A program made the position numbers and the translations under genes. 64,000 bases of DNA from Gammaproteobacteria bacterium (GTDB taxonomy: Bacteria > Pseudomonadota > Gammaproteobacteria > Steroidobacterales > Rariloculaceae), in contig DASWKF010000084.1 in NCBI GenBank assembly GCA_036396795.1, forward strand, positions 71,002 to 135,001, read 5' to 3'. Below the pieces are notes generated by a model. The model was given only the letters and a program-made list of their open reading frames with translations. It did no database searches and had not been told where the DNA came from. Shown in pieces: positions 36,312-45,806 of this stretch (positions are counted from its first letter, which is position 1; every line of letters starts with the position of its first letter).

Positions 36312-38231
36312 GTGCAGATGCCACTCCGTCGCCGTTCTCTCGGTCTCGTCGTCGTTTGCGCCCTGAAGTTGAGCACATTCGGGGCCGCATACGGCCAAGC
36401 CGACGAGCATGCGTCGCCGGGCACGGTGCAGGATCTCGCCTACGGCAAGGTGCTGTTCCACTATTTTCAAGAGGACTACTTTGCGGCACTGACCCAATTG
36501 CTCACCGCGCAATCGCGCGACGAGTTTCAGCATCATGAGAACGACGCCGAGTTGTTGCTGGGCGGCCTGCATCTGTCCTACGGTCAGCATAGACGTGCCG
36601 GCGAAATCTTCGATCGTTTGCTGGCGGAGTCCGTGGATTCGACCGTGCATGACCGCGCGTGGTTTTTCCTCGCGAAGATCTGGTACCAGCGCGGCTACCT
36701 CGTCGAGTCCGAGCGCGCGCTGAGCCGGATCAGCGGCCATTTGCCCTCCGAGTTGGAGGCCGAACGCCACATTCTCCAAGCGCGCGTGCTCATGGATCAG
36801 CAGCGCTTCGAAGAAGCGCTGGCGTTGCTCAACGCCTGGAGCGCGCCTGCCGATGAATGGGTCGGCTACGCGAAATACAACATCGGCGTCGCGCTGGTTC
36901 GTCTGGATCGCATCGACGAGGGGGCCCGCGTGCTGGACGAAGTCGGCCAAATCGCCTCGGCGAGCGAGAACGTTCGGGGCTTGAGAGATAAGGCCAACGT
37001 CGCCCTGGGCTACGCTTGGCTTCAGGCCCGCAAGCCGGATCAGGCGCGCCCGTCACTGCAACGCGTGCGCCTGCACGGCCCATATTCCAACAAAGCCCTG
37101 CTCGGTGTCGGTTGGTCGGACGCGGAGCTCGGCGACTACCAGGCGGCGTTGACGCCGTGGCTGGAACTGCGGCAGCGAAACGTTCTCGACGCCGCCGTGC
37201 AGGAGTCGCTGCTCGCGGTTCCGTATGCATTCAGCCAGCTAGGAGCGAACAGCCAGGCGGCGGATTACTATTTGAGCGCGATTGAATCGTTCAACAACGA
37301 AATCGCGCGAATGGATGTCGCCATCGCCTCGGTGCACGAAGGGGTATTCGTCGACGACCTGCTCGCCAACCGGGCTACGGATGCCTCGGGCTGGTATTGG
37401 CGGCTCGATCAGATGCCGAATTCCATCGAGAGCCACTACCTCTACGAGCTCGTCGCATCTCACGAGTTTCAGGAAGGCCTGAAGAATTATCGCGATCTAC
37501 TCTACATGCGCGAGAATCTCGATCGCTGGTCGGACAGCCTCGACGCGTTCGACGATATTCTGGACACGCGCCAGCGTGCCTACGTACAGCGGCTTCCGGT
37601 GATCGAGAGAAGCCTGGACGGCGTCGACCTGGGAGAGTTGGCATCGCGTCGCGTTGCCTACGAATCGCGGCTGATGGCGGTCGAGAGTGACGAGAACGTC
37701 TGGGCACTGGGCACGGAGGGCGAGCAGCAGGCTTCGCGCACGCTCGACGAGATGCAGAACAAGTTGGCGCTGCTCGGCGAGCATCCGGCGGCGGCGGAGC
37801 TTCGCGACAAGCATCGTTTTTTGAGGGGGGTTCTGTTGTGGAATCTCCATCGGGACTACAAAGCCCGGCTCTGGCAGGCGAAGAGGAATCTGCAGGTGCT
37901 CGAGCGGGACTTTCGTTCCGCTCAGAGGTCGTACCATCAGGTCGACCAGGCACGGGAAGAGTGGCCTGAGAAGTTCGCCGCGCTCAGCCGTCGGATCGGG
38001 GATCTCGCCCCCAGAGTCCGGACGCTCGAGGCCCGTCTTGGAACGGCTCTGGAGCAGCAGTCGCTGTACCTGAAAGCCCTGGCGAGGCGGGAGTTGCAGG
38101 CGCAACGTGACCGCTTGTCGACCTATCTCGTGCAGGCGCGGTTCGCACTGGCGTCGGTCTACGATCGCTCCACCGCCCTGTCCTCGAGTAGCGCGCCCGC
38201 GAATCGGACGCTCATCGAGGAGCTGCCGTGA
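36312..38231 (+). CDS. secreted TPR plus coiled-coil protein (639 aa)
   Basis: Signal peptide LGLVVVCALKLSTFGAAYG, TPR-like helices in the N-terminal half, and a long heptad-rich C-terminal half. Confidence 0.7.
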   Translation: MQMPLRRRSLGLVVVCALKLSTFGAAYGQADEHASPGTVQDLAYGKVLFHYFQEDYFAALTQLLTAQSRDEFQHHENDAELLLGGLHLSYGQHRRAGEIFDRLLAESVDSTVHDRAWFFLAKIWYQRGYLVESERALSRISGHLPSELEAERHILQARVLMDQQRFEEALALLNAWSAPADEWVGYAKYNIGVALVRLDRIDEGARVLDEVGQIASASENVRGLRDKANVALGYAWLQARKPDQARPSLQRVRLHGPYSNKALLGVGWSDAELGDYQAALTPWLELRQRNVLDAAVQESLLAVPYAFSQLGANSQAADYYLSAIESFNNEIARMDVAIASVHEGVFVDDLLANRATDASGWYWRLDQMPNSIESHYLYELVASHEFQEGLKNYRDLLYMRENLDRWSDSLDAFDDILDTRQRAYVQRLPVIERSLDGVDLGELASRRVAYESRLMAVESDENVWALGTEGEQQASRTLDEMQNKLALLGEHPAAAELRDKHRFLRGVLLWNLHRDYKARLWQAKRNLQVLERDFRSAQRSYHQVDQAREEWPEKFAALSRRIGDLAPRVRTLEARLGTALEQQSLYLKALARRELQAQRDRLSTYLVQARFALASVYDRSTALSSSSAPANRTLIEELP

Positions 38232-41056
38232 GCGCCGCGTCTGCGCTGATCGCCGCCGTCGCAGCGGCCGCGCTCTGGCCGCCGTGGCCCTTCGGCCGCG
38301 ATGCGGCCCGCGACCAGGAGCGGGCTCCGACGATCGAGGATCTCCCGGCACAGAGCATCGCCGTCGATACGCAGGCGCCGATCTCCGAGGCGCAAGCCAA
38401 GGCCATGGAAAGCTATCAGCTATTCATCGACTTGGCTGGAGACGATCCCGTGCTGCAGGCGGAGGCGATGCGCCGTCTCGCAGATTTGCAGCTCGAAACC
38501 AGCGAGCTCGAGCAACTGCAGCGGAATCTGGATTCGGTGCAGAATCAAGCGGCGGATGCGATCCAGCTCTATGAGGCTCTGCTGACGACCTATCCGGCCT
38601 ATGAGAAGAACGACCTCGTGCTCTACCAGTTGGCGCGGGCGTATGAGCTGGGTGGCGATCCCGATCGCGCGCTGAGCACCTTGGATCACCTCGTCTTTGA
38701 GTACCCGGATACTCCGCATTTCGCCGAGGCGCAGTTCAGGCGCGGCGAGATCCTGTTCGTGCAACGCCGCTACTTCGATGCCGAGGCCGCCTATGCGGCG
38801 GTATTGAGCACCGCGGAGCCCCAGTTCCGCGAGCAGTCGCTGTACAAGCACGCATGGTCGCTGTTCAAGCAGCTCCAGCACCGCGAGAGTCTCGACTCCT
38901 TCTTCGAGCTTCTGGATCGGAAGCTGACGGACACGCAGGCATCGGCAGGCGCTTCCGTCGAGGAGCTCTACGATGCCATGGGCCGAGCCGACCAGGAGCT
39001 CGTCGACGATACGATTCGGGTGCTTTCGATCAATTTTTCCTATATCGACGGCCCTCGATCCGTAACCGAATATTTCGAGAGCACGGGCGTACCTCCGTAC
39101 GCCTATGTCATCTACCAAAGCCTCGGATCTCTGTATCTGGAGAAGGAGCGATATCAGGATGCCGCGGCGGCATATCAAGCATTCGGCGAGCTCGACCCCC
39201 ATCATCCCCGTGCGCCGTTGCTTCAGGCTCAAGTCATCGAGGCGTATCAGGCCGGCGGGTTCGCAGGTCTGGTGCTCGAAGCGAAACAGGTTTTCGTCGA
39301 GCGCTACGGGGCGAGCAGCCCGTATTGGGAAGCTTTCAGCTATGAGGATCAGCCGGAGATCACCGGGTATCTCCAGGCCAACCTCATGGACCTTGCAGCG
39401 TACTACCACGCGCAGGCGCAAGGCTCGGGAGATCCGGAAAGCTACGCACTCGCAGCGCGCTGGTACCGGGACTACCTCGCGGCGTTTCCGAACGACACGG
39501 GCTCCGCCCACACGAACTTTCTGCTTGCGGAGGTACTGTACGAAAGCGGCGACCATCTTTCCGCGGTCACGGAGTACGAGCGTACCGCCTACGCCTACCC
39601 CGATCACGCAGCAAGCGCCGAAGCCGGGTATGCGGCGCTGCTCGCTTACAGTGCCGTCGAGCCGGGTCTGAACGAATCCCAGCGTGAGCCGTGGCAGAGA
39701 CGTCAGATAGACAGCGCCTTGCGCTTCGCGGCGACCTTCCCGCAGCATCCGGAGGCGGATGCCGTGCTGACGAACGCGGCCGAGAAACTATTTTCGTTCA
39801 ATGAGTTATATCGTGCCAACGAGGTCGCGCGCGAGCTTCTGGCGCGGACTCCAGCGGCGGAAGCAGCATTGCAAAGAACTGCCTGGACCGTCGTTGCGCA
39901 TTCGGAGTTCGAGCTTCAGAACTTTGCCGATGCCGAGGCGGCCTACCTGCGACTGATGGCGTTTCTGCCCGCGGACGATGCGCAGCGAAGCGAGATTACC
40001 GAGCGCATCGCGTCTTCGATATACCGTCAAGGCGAGCAACAGCGAAGCGCGGGAGACTATCTCGGATCCGTGGCGCACTTTCTGCGCGTGGCGGAAGCCG
40101 CGCCGGGCTCGCGTATCGCCGCGACGGCGCGCTACGACGCCGCCGCGGACCTGATGGCCTTGGAAGATTGGCCGCGGGCGGCGCAGGTGCTCGAGGATTT
40201 TCGCCGCGACTATCCGGAGCACGAGTATTCCGCGGACGTTACCGGGAAGCTCGCGGTCACGTATCTCAATTCGGGCAACTCGGTCAAAGCAGCGGCGGAA
40301 TTCGAGCAGATTGCCGACGCCGATCCATCTGACGAAGTGCGCAAGGAAGCGCTATGGCGCGCGGCGGAGCTGTACCGGGAATCGGAGCTGCTCGGCGACG
40401 CGGCCGTGACCTTGGAGCGCTATGTCGAACGCTATCCGCGCCCGGCACCGATGGCCATTGAAGCCCAGCAGCAGCTCGTGGACCTTTCGGAGCAGTCGGA
40501 CAACTACCCGGCGCGCATGCGTTGGCTGCGAGCGATCGTCGACACCGACGCAGGAGCCGGCGCGGGGCGCACGGACAGAACGCGCTTTCTCGCGGCGCAC
40601 GCCGCGCTCGAGCTCGCCATGCCGTCCCGGGACGCGTTTACCGCCGTCAAGCTGGCTGCGCCCCTGCAACAGAGCCTGGAGCTAAAGAAACAGCGCATGG
40701 AAGACGCGCTCAGCGCCTTCGGCCGGGCCGTCGATTACGCTGTCGGCGACGTGACGACTGCCGCCACCTATGAGATCGCAGAGCTCTACAACCAGCTCAG
40801 CCGAGATCTCATGGACTCCGAGCGGCCTGCGGAGCTCAGCGAGCTGGAGCTCAGCCAATACGAAATCCTGCTCGAGGAGCAGGCGTTCCCGTTCGAGGAG
40901 CAGGCAATCGACGTGCACGAGGTGAATGCCGCGCGCACGGCCGACGGCGTCTACGACGACGCGGTGCGCGCGAGCCTCGATGCATTGGCCGCGCTCCTGC
41001 CCGTGCGTTATGCGAAAAACGAGCAAGGGGAGGTTTATGTTGCAACGATTCAATGA
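38228..41056 (+). CDS. large TPR-repeat protein (942 aa)
   Basis: Repeated A..Y..A/L TPR pattern throughout, e.g. LYQLARAYELGGDPDRALSTLDHLVFEYPDTPHFAEAQFRRGEILF. GTG start overlaps the upstream stop (GTGA). Confidence 0.75.
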   Translation: MSAASALIAAVAAAALWPPWPFGRDAARDQERAPTIEDLPAQSIAVDTQAPISEAQAKAMESYQLFIDLAGDDPVLQAEAMRRLADLQLETSELEQLQRNLDSVQNQAADAIQLYEALLTTYPAYEKNDLVLYQLARAYELGGDPDRALSTLDHLVFEYPDTPHFAEAQFRRGEILFVQRRYFDAEAAYAAVLSTAEPQFREQSLYKHAWSLFKQLQHRESLDSFFELLDRKLTDTQASAGASVEELYDAMGRADQELVDDTIRVLSINFSYIDGPRSVTEYFESTGVPPYAYVIYQSLGSLYLEKERYQDAAAAYQAFGELDPHHPRAPLLQAQVIEAYQAGGFAGLVLEAKQVFVERYGASSPYWEAFSYEDQPEITGYLQANLMDLAAYYHAQAQGSGDPESYALAARWYRDYLAAFPNDTGSAHTNFLLAEVLYESGDHLSAVTEYERTAYAYPDHAASAEAGYAALLAYSAVEPGLNESQREPWQRRQIDSALRFAATFPQHPEADAVLTNAAEKLFSFNELYRANEVARELLARTPAAEAALQRTAWTVVAHSEFELQNFADAEAAYLRLMAFLPADDAQRSEITERIASSIYRQGEQQRSAGDYLGSVAHFLRVAEAAPGSRIAATARYDAAADLMALEDWPRAAQVLEDFRRDYPEHEYSADVTGKLAVTYLNSGNSVKAAAEFEQIADADPSDEVRKEALWRAAELYRESELLGDAAVTLERYVERYPRPAPMAIEAQQQLVDLSEQSDNYPARMRWLRAIVDTDAGAGAGRTDRTRFLAAHAALELAMPSRDAFTAVKLAAPLQQSLELKKQRMEDALSAFGRAVDYAVGDVTTAATYEIAELYNQLSRDLMDSERPAELSELELSQYEILLEEQAFPFEEQAIDVHEVNAARTADGVYDDAVRASLDALAALLPVRYAKNEQGEVYVATIQ

Positions 41057-41723
41057 CCCCCCGGATATCGGGTGGACGTCAGCGGCGGCTTACCGCGCCG
41101 CGCTGCTCGTGCTGGTGCTCGCCGCCAGCGCATGCTCGTCGCCGGGTCCCGTTCGTCCCGACTCGCCGAACGCGGGGGTGGGCGAGGGCGACGGCTTGGC
41201 GACCGTGGTTCCCGCACCCACGCAGGCGGCGTACGACCGCGCGCTGCAAGCGATGATCGAGGGCGATCTGGTCGAAGCGGAGCTCCAGCTCGAGCAGTTC
41301 GTGTTGGAGTACCCGGCTTTCGCGGGGCCTCACGTCAATCTTGCGATTCTCTACGCTCAAAGCGGCAGAAGCGACGAGGCGGAAGCGGCACTGGGGCGAG
41401 CGCTGGCGATCGATCCGGAGCATCCCGCCGCCAACAACCGGCTCGGCATGCTGCTGCGGCAACAGGGGCGCTTCGCCGAGGCGGAGGCCGCGTACCTCAA
41501 CGCGCTCGAGGTCGACCCCGAGTATGCGCTGGCACATTTGAACCTGGCGATTCTGCTCGACCTCTATCTGCACCGGCCTAGCGAGGCCCTGACGCACTAT
41601 CGGGCGTATCAGGATTCGCTGGCGGAACCCGACACCACCGTCGGGCTATGGATCATCGATTTGCAGCGCCGCCTCGGCGCCAGTGACAGTGAAGCGCGCG
41701 TCGCTCGAGGAGAGGAGCCATGA
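41037..41723 (+). CDS. TPR lipoprotein
   Basis: Lipobox LAASAC. TPR repeats (NLAILYAQSGRSDEAEAALGRALAIDPEHPAANNRLGMLLRQQGRFAEAEAAYLNALEVDPEY). Confidence 0.75.
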   Translation: MLQRFNDPPDIGWTSAAAYRAALLVLVLAASACSSPGPVRPDSPNAGVGEGDGLATVVPAPTQAAYDRALQAMIEGDLVEAELQLEQFVLEYPAFAGPHVNLAILYAQSGRSDEAEAALGRALAIDPEHPAANNRLGMLLRQQGRFAEAEAAYLNALEVDPEYALAHLNLAILLDLYLHRPSEALTHYRAYQDSLAEPDTTVGLWIIDLQRRLGASDSEARVARGEEP

Positions 41724-42154
41724 TTTCCAAGGCCGGTTGCATCGTTTCCGGAATCGTTTCGTTGAGCTTCGGCGCGGCTTTCGCGCAGCCGCCTCAGGGC
41801 GGCGAGACCGCCGCGCCGACGTTGAGCTTCGAGGAGCTCGCGTCGCTGGAGCCCGCCGTCGACACGGCCAACCTGAGCCCGCGCGGGGATGCGCCGCAGG
41901 GCAGCGCTCCGACGTCGGTTGCTTCGAGCCGAGTCGTGGACTCGTTGGATCTGGGAACCACGTCAATAACCGGAAACCAGGAATTGCCTAAGGTTCTATA
42001 TATCGTGCCCTGGAAGCAAGCGGATCTCGGTGATCTCGTCGGCCGTCCAGTGAACACCCTGCTCGACGAGGTGTTGGCGCCGGTGGATCCGGAAGTATTT
42101 GAACGTCAGCTGGGGTACTACGAAGCCCTGCACGCAAAGGATGAAGAGGAGTAA
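41720..42154 (+). CDS. small periplasmic protein (144 aa)
   Basis: Signal peptide IVSGIVSLSFGAAFAQ; conserved-looking ELPKVLYIVPWK. ATGA overlap with the upstream gene. Confidence 0.6.
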   Translation: MISKAGCIVSGIVSLSFGAAFAQPPQGGETAAPTLSFEELASLEPAVDTANLSPRGDAPQGSAPTSVASSRVVDSLDLGTTSITGNQELPKVLYIVPWKQADLGDLVGRPVNTLLDEVLAPVDPEVFERQLGYYEALHAKDEEE

Positions 42155-42159
42155 ATCCA

Positions 42160-42804
42160 ATGGAGCTCTATTCCACGATCGTGAGGTTCTTCCAGGAGGG
42201 TGGGGTGTTCATGTATCCCATCGTGCTCGTGTTCGCGCTGGGCTTGGCTATCGCGATCGAGCGGTGGCTGTACCTGACGATGACGACGGCGAAGAACAAG
42301 GCCCTGTGGAGCAAGATCACGCCCCATCTCAAGGCCGGGAATTTTTCCGCGGCGGCGCAGATGGCCAGCAAGTCGAAAGCGGCGATCGCGACCATCATGA
42401 CCTACGGATTGAACCGCGTGCGCTCCGCGCGCCAGCGTGAGGATATCGAGAAGGCCATGGAGGAAAGCCTCATGGAGGTCGTCCCGCGGCTGGAGCGGCG
42501 CACGCACTATCTGGCGATTTTCGCCAATATCGCCACCTTGCTGGGCCTGTTGGGCACGATCATCGGCTTGATACGCGCGTTCACTGCGGTGTCGAACGCG
42601 AACCCCGCGGAAAAGGCGGACCTGTTGTCGGCCAGCATATCCGTCGCGATGAACACGACCGCATTCGGCCTGATGGTTGCGATTCCGTTGCTGCTGGTAC
42701 ATACGCTGCTGCAGACCAAGACGACGGAAATCGTCGACAGCCTCGAGATGGCGTCGGTGAAGTTTCTGAACTCCATTAGCGACCGCTCCGAAGCGAACGT
42801 GTAA
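42160..42804 (+). CDS. MotA/TolQ/ExbB proton-channel protein
   Basis: FANIATLLGLLGTIIGLIRAF...SISVAMNTTAFGLMVAIPLLLVH, 214 aa. Confidence 0.9.
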   Translation: MELYSTIVRFFQEGGVFMYPIVLVFALGLAIAIERWLYLTMTTAKNKALWSKITPHLKAGNFSAAAQMASKSKAAIATIMTYGLNRVRSARQREDIEKAMEESLMEVVPRLERRTHYLAIFANIATLLGLLGTIIGLIRAFTAVSNANPAEKADLLSASISVAMNTTAFGLMVAIPLLLVHTLLQTKTTEIVDSLEMASVKFLNSISDRSEANV

Positions 42805-42822
42805 TCACGGGTTATAGCCAGC

Positions 42823-43329
42823 ATGAGTCTTCGCCGCTCGAGAGGTCAACGCCATAAGGAAACCGTGGAGCTGAACATCACGGCTTTCATGAATCTCATG
42901 GTGATTTTGGTGCCGTTCTTGCTGATCACGGCCGTGTTTTCGCAGGTCGCGATACTGGAGCTGAATCTGCCCACGGGCGAGACCGGTCCAGTCGAGCCGA
43001 CCGAGCCGGAGCTGTATCTCGAGATCACGGTTCGAGAGAGCGCCATCGCCGTCGGCGACCGCAACGCCGGCGTGCTGACCGTGATCGGCAAAGGCGCCGA
43101 CGGTTACGATCTCGAGAAGCTCGGTGAGTATCTACAGCAGGTCAAGCAGAGATTTCCCGATAAGGCGGATGCGACCTTGTTGCTCGAGCCGGACATCTCC
43201 TATGAGACGCTGGTGGCCGTCATGGACACGGTGCGTCTCCACGAGAGACTCGATCCGAGCTCCAAGCGGGTGATCAGCTACGAGTTGTTTCCAGAGATTG
43301 CGATCGGAGATGCGCCTGCGCGCAACTAA
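42823..43329 (+). CDS. ExbD/TolR-family protein (Asn at the TM Asp position)
   Basis: ELNITAFMNLMVILVPFLLITAVF, then a periplasmic ExbD-like domain. Confidence 0.85.
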   Translation: MSLRRSRGQRHKETVELNITAFMNLMVILVPFLLITAVFSQVAILELNLPTGETGPVEPTEPELYLEITVRESAIAVGDRNAGVLTVIGKGADGYDLEKLGEYLQQVKQRFPDKADATLLLEPDISYETLVAVMDTVRLHERLDPSSKRVISYELFPEIAIGDAPARN

Positions 43330-43343
43330 GGGGGGGAGCACGA

Positions 43344-43871
43344 ATGCGATCCAGCGGACGAGCAGCGCGCATGGAGCGGCACCACCAACGCCACAAGCGT
43401 ACCGTGGCGCTCAACCTCGTGTCGCTCATGGATATTTTCACGATCCTCGTGTTCTTCCTCCTCGTCAACTCCAGCGAGGTGCAAACGCTGCCGAACGCCA
43501 AGGACATGTCCTTGCCCGAGTCCGTGGCGGAGCAGCGCCCGCGGGAGACGGTCGTGATCATGGTCACCGAGCAGGACTTGCTCGTGCAGGGCAGGGCCGT
43601 AGCTCGAATAGACGAGCTGATGGCTCAGGACGGTCTCATCATCCCGGAGCTCAAGGCCGCGCTCCAAGGCCAAGCCGAACGCCTGCTGCGTCAGGACGCT
43701 CAGGACGAGCCGGAGCAGTGGGAAGTGACGATCATGGGTGATCGAGAGGTGCCGTACAGCCTGCTCAAGCGCGTCATGGCTACCTGCACCGACGCCGACT
43801 ACGGCCGTCTGTCGCTCGCCGTGCTGCAGAAAACTTCAGAGCTTCAGCTCGCGGCTGCGGCGGCCAACTAG
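43344..43871 (+). CDS. ExbD/TolR-family protein (TM Asp present)
   Basis: ALNLVSLMDIFTILVFFLLVNS, then a periplasmic ExbD-like domain. Confidence 0.85.
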   Translation: MRSSGRAARMERHHQRHKRTVALNLVSLMDIFTILVFFLLVNSSEVQTLPNAKDMSLPESVAEQRPRETVVIMVTEQDLLVQGRAVARIDELMAQDGLIIPELKAALQGQAERLLRQDAQDEPEQWEVTIMGDREVPYSLLKRVMATCTDADYGRLSLAVLQKTSELQLAAAAAN

Positions 43872-43883
43872 GAGCTCGATCTC

Positions 43884-44855
43884 GTGAACGACGCCGTGGT
43901 CATCCATCGGATCTACGAGCTTCCCTGGTCCACCGGGGCGGAGCAGGAGCAGAAGTTTCGCCGCCTGGTGCTGCAATGCCTGGGGGCACTGCTACTGTTG
44001 AGCATCGTTTTTTCCGTGCTGCCGGTCGCGGAGCGGGATCCACTGGCGACTCAGGAGATTCCTCAACGATTCGCGCGGCTCGTGCTCGAGCGCGAACCGC
44101 CGCCGCCGCCGGTCATCGAGCAACAGCCCGAGCCGGAGCCGATCGTCGAGCCCGAGCCCGTCGTGGAGCAGACGGTGACGGAACCCGAGCCGGAGCCCGT
44201 GATCGAGCCGGAGCCGGAGCTGACGCCGCAACCCGACGTCACGGAGCAGGCACGGGAGCGCGCGGCCGTCGCCGGCTTACTGCCGTTCGCGCAGGATCTT
44301 GCGGCGCTCAGGAGCAACGACACGCTGGAGCGGCTCGGAACGAGCGATACGCTCGGCACGGTCGAGGGCGAGGCGCCGGTGGTCGAACGTTCGCTGATCA
44401 CCTCGCGCGCCGGCTCCCGCAGCACCGGCATCAGAACGTCCGACCTGAGCCGGTCGACCGGCGGTGAGGAGCTTGCGGGCAGGACGACGACACAGATAGA
44501 AAGCCCGATAGAGGGCATCGGCCCCGCCGGAGGCGACGTCTCACGGTCCGGGGCGAGCTCGCGGCCCTCCCGCAGCCGCGAGGAGATCGAAATCGTGTTC
44601 GATCGCAACAAGGGCGCGATCTTCGCGCTTTACAACCGTGCGCTGCGCGAGAACCCAGCCCTCGTCGGCAAGGTCGTCCTGCGCCTCACGATCGAGCCCG
44701 GTGGCCGCGTGACGTTCTGCGAGATCGTGTCGTCGGAGCTCGGGGATCCCAGCCTCGAACAGAGACTGGTGCAGCGCGTGTTGCTGTTTCAGTTTGAAGC
44801 CAAGGACGTGGAACCGATCACGACCACGAAGCCGATAGATTTCTTCCCGGCTTGA
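43884..44855 (+). CDS. TonB-like energy-transducer protein with AgmX/PglI-type C-terminal domain
   Basis: N-terminal TM LGALLLLSIVFSVLPV and a Pro/Glu-rich spacer. C-terminus IFALYNRALRENPALVGKVVLRLTIEPGGRVTFCEIVSSELGDPSLEQRLVQRVLLFQFE. GTG start. Confidence 0.8.
   Translation: MNDAVVIHRIYELPWSTGAEQEQKFRRLVLQCLGALLLLSIVFSVLPVAERDPLATQEIPQRFARLVLEREPPPPPVIEQQPEPEPIVEPEPVVEQTVTEPEPEPVIEPEPELTPQPDVTEQARERAAVAGLLPFAQDLAALRSNDTLERLGTSDTLGTVEGEAPVVERSLITSRAGSRSTGIRTSDLSRSTGGEELAGRTTTQIESPIEGIGPAGGDVSRSGASSRPSRSREEIEIVFDRNKGAIFALYNRALRENPALVGKVVLRLTIEPGGRVTFCEIVSSELGDPSLEQRLVQRVLLFQFEAKDVEPITTTKPIDFFPA
44097..44234 (+). repeat. Pro/Glu-rich low-complexity (EP)n coding repeat inside the TonB-like gene
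   Basis: PPPPPVIEQQPEPEPIVEPEPVVEQTVTEPEPEPVIEPEPELTPQP. At DNA level these are reiterated GAGCCSGAGCCS units. Confidence 0.7.
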
Positions 44856-44861
44856 GCGGGT

Positions 44862-45806
44862 CTAACCGTTTCGATCATCGGTGGCGTCTCGGCGCTTGTC
44901 GATCTCGCTGCAGGACGAGCCGAAAGCGAAACAGCTGTAGCACCGATGATGGCGCATCATGACGCGCTTGCCCAGGCTTTCGGCGAGCGTGGAGCCGAGG
45001 TCGTAGGACTCGTCGTCGTCGACCAGCGTGCAGGCGTATACGCGCATTCTGCCGGCTTTCTTGACGACCATCCTCGAGAACGCGCACATGAAGGCGCGGC
45101 GCGATTCCTCGGTCTGGTAAGTCGTCATGCAGTTTTCCGTGATGTACGGTACAGTGGGCCTGGCGCCCGGTGTCAGGAAGTCCGGAAACGGCACGATGGT
45201 GGTGCTCACAGGGAGCCCGTGCGTTTCGAGAAGCGCTCTATATTTCTCGTCCACGTCGACGCGGGTTTCGTGCTTCGACATCTGTCGCGCGATGGACACC
45301 TTGAATCCCAGGTCGAGCAGCGCACGCAGGCTCATCCACGATTTCTCGAAGCTGCCGGCGCCGCGTCCCGCATCGTGCCGAGCCTGGTCCGGGTAGTCGA
45401 CGCTGATTCTGAATGCCACGGGGTAGGGCTGCGTGCGCAGCGTCTTGATCTGGTGGAGTCGCCTCAAAACGGGGTCCGTGCCGTTGGTCAGCACCAGACA
45501 CGGCTTGCGCGCCGAGGCGTAGCGCAAGATGTTGACGAAATCCTTGACGATGAACGGCTCCCCGCCGGTGAACGAGAATTGCTCCACATCCAGGGAAATG
45601 GCTTCCTGGATGAGCGGCTCGATGTCCTCGAGCGTGATCCGCTCGAGCCGCCCGTCTCCGGGCTTGGAGCCTTCGAGACAGAAGGGGCAGGCGAGGTTGC
45701 ATGCAGTGCCCGTGTGGAACCAGAGCTCGCGCAGCGCATGCGTTTGTATGTAACCCCGCGGCTCGCCATCCGGCGTGAGGTCGATTCGGCCAGCAGCGAC
45801 GCTCAT
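44862..45806 (-). CDS. radical SAM / Cys-rich-domain protein (ArsS-like, TIGR04167-type)
   Basis: CNLACPFC (CxxxCxxC). C-terminal Cys cluster HHRCYSCFAFGSSCSE. ATG 45806 overlaps the upstream stop (ATGA). Confidence 0.75.
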   Translation of the reverse strand: MSVAAGRIDLTPDGEPRGYIQTHALRELWFHTGTACNLACPFCLEGSKPGDGRLERITLEDIEPLIQEAISLDVEQFSFTGGEPFIVKDFVNILRYASARKPCLVLTNGTDPVLRRLHQIKTLRTQPYPVAFRISVDYPDQARHDAGRGAGSFEKSWMSLRALLDLGFKVSIARQMSKHETRVDVDEKYRALLETHGLPVSTTIVPFPDFLTPGARPTVPYITENCMTTYQTEESRRAFMCAFSRMVVKKAGRMRVYACTLVDDDESYDLGSTLAESLGKRVMMRHHRCYSCFAFGSSCSEIDKRRDATDDRNG

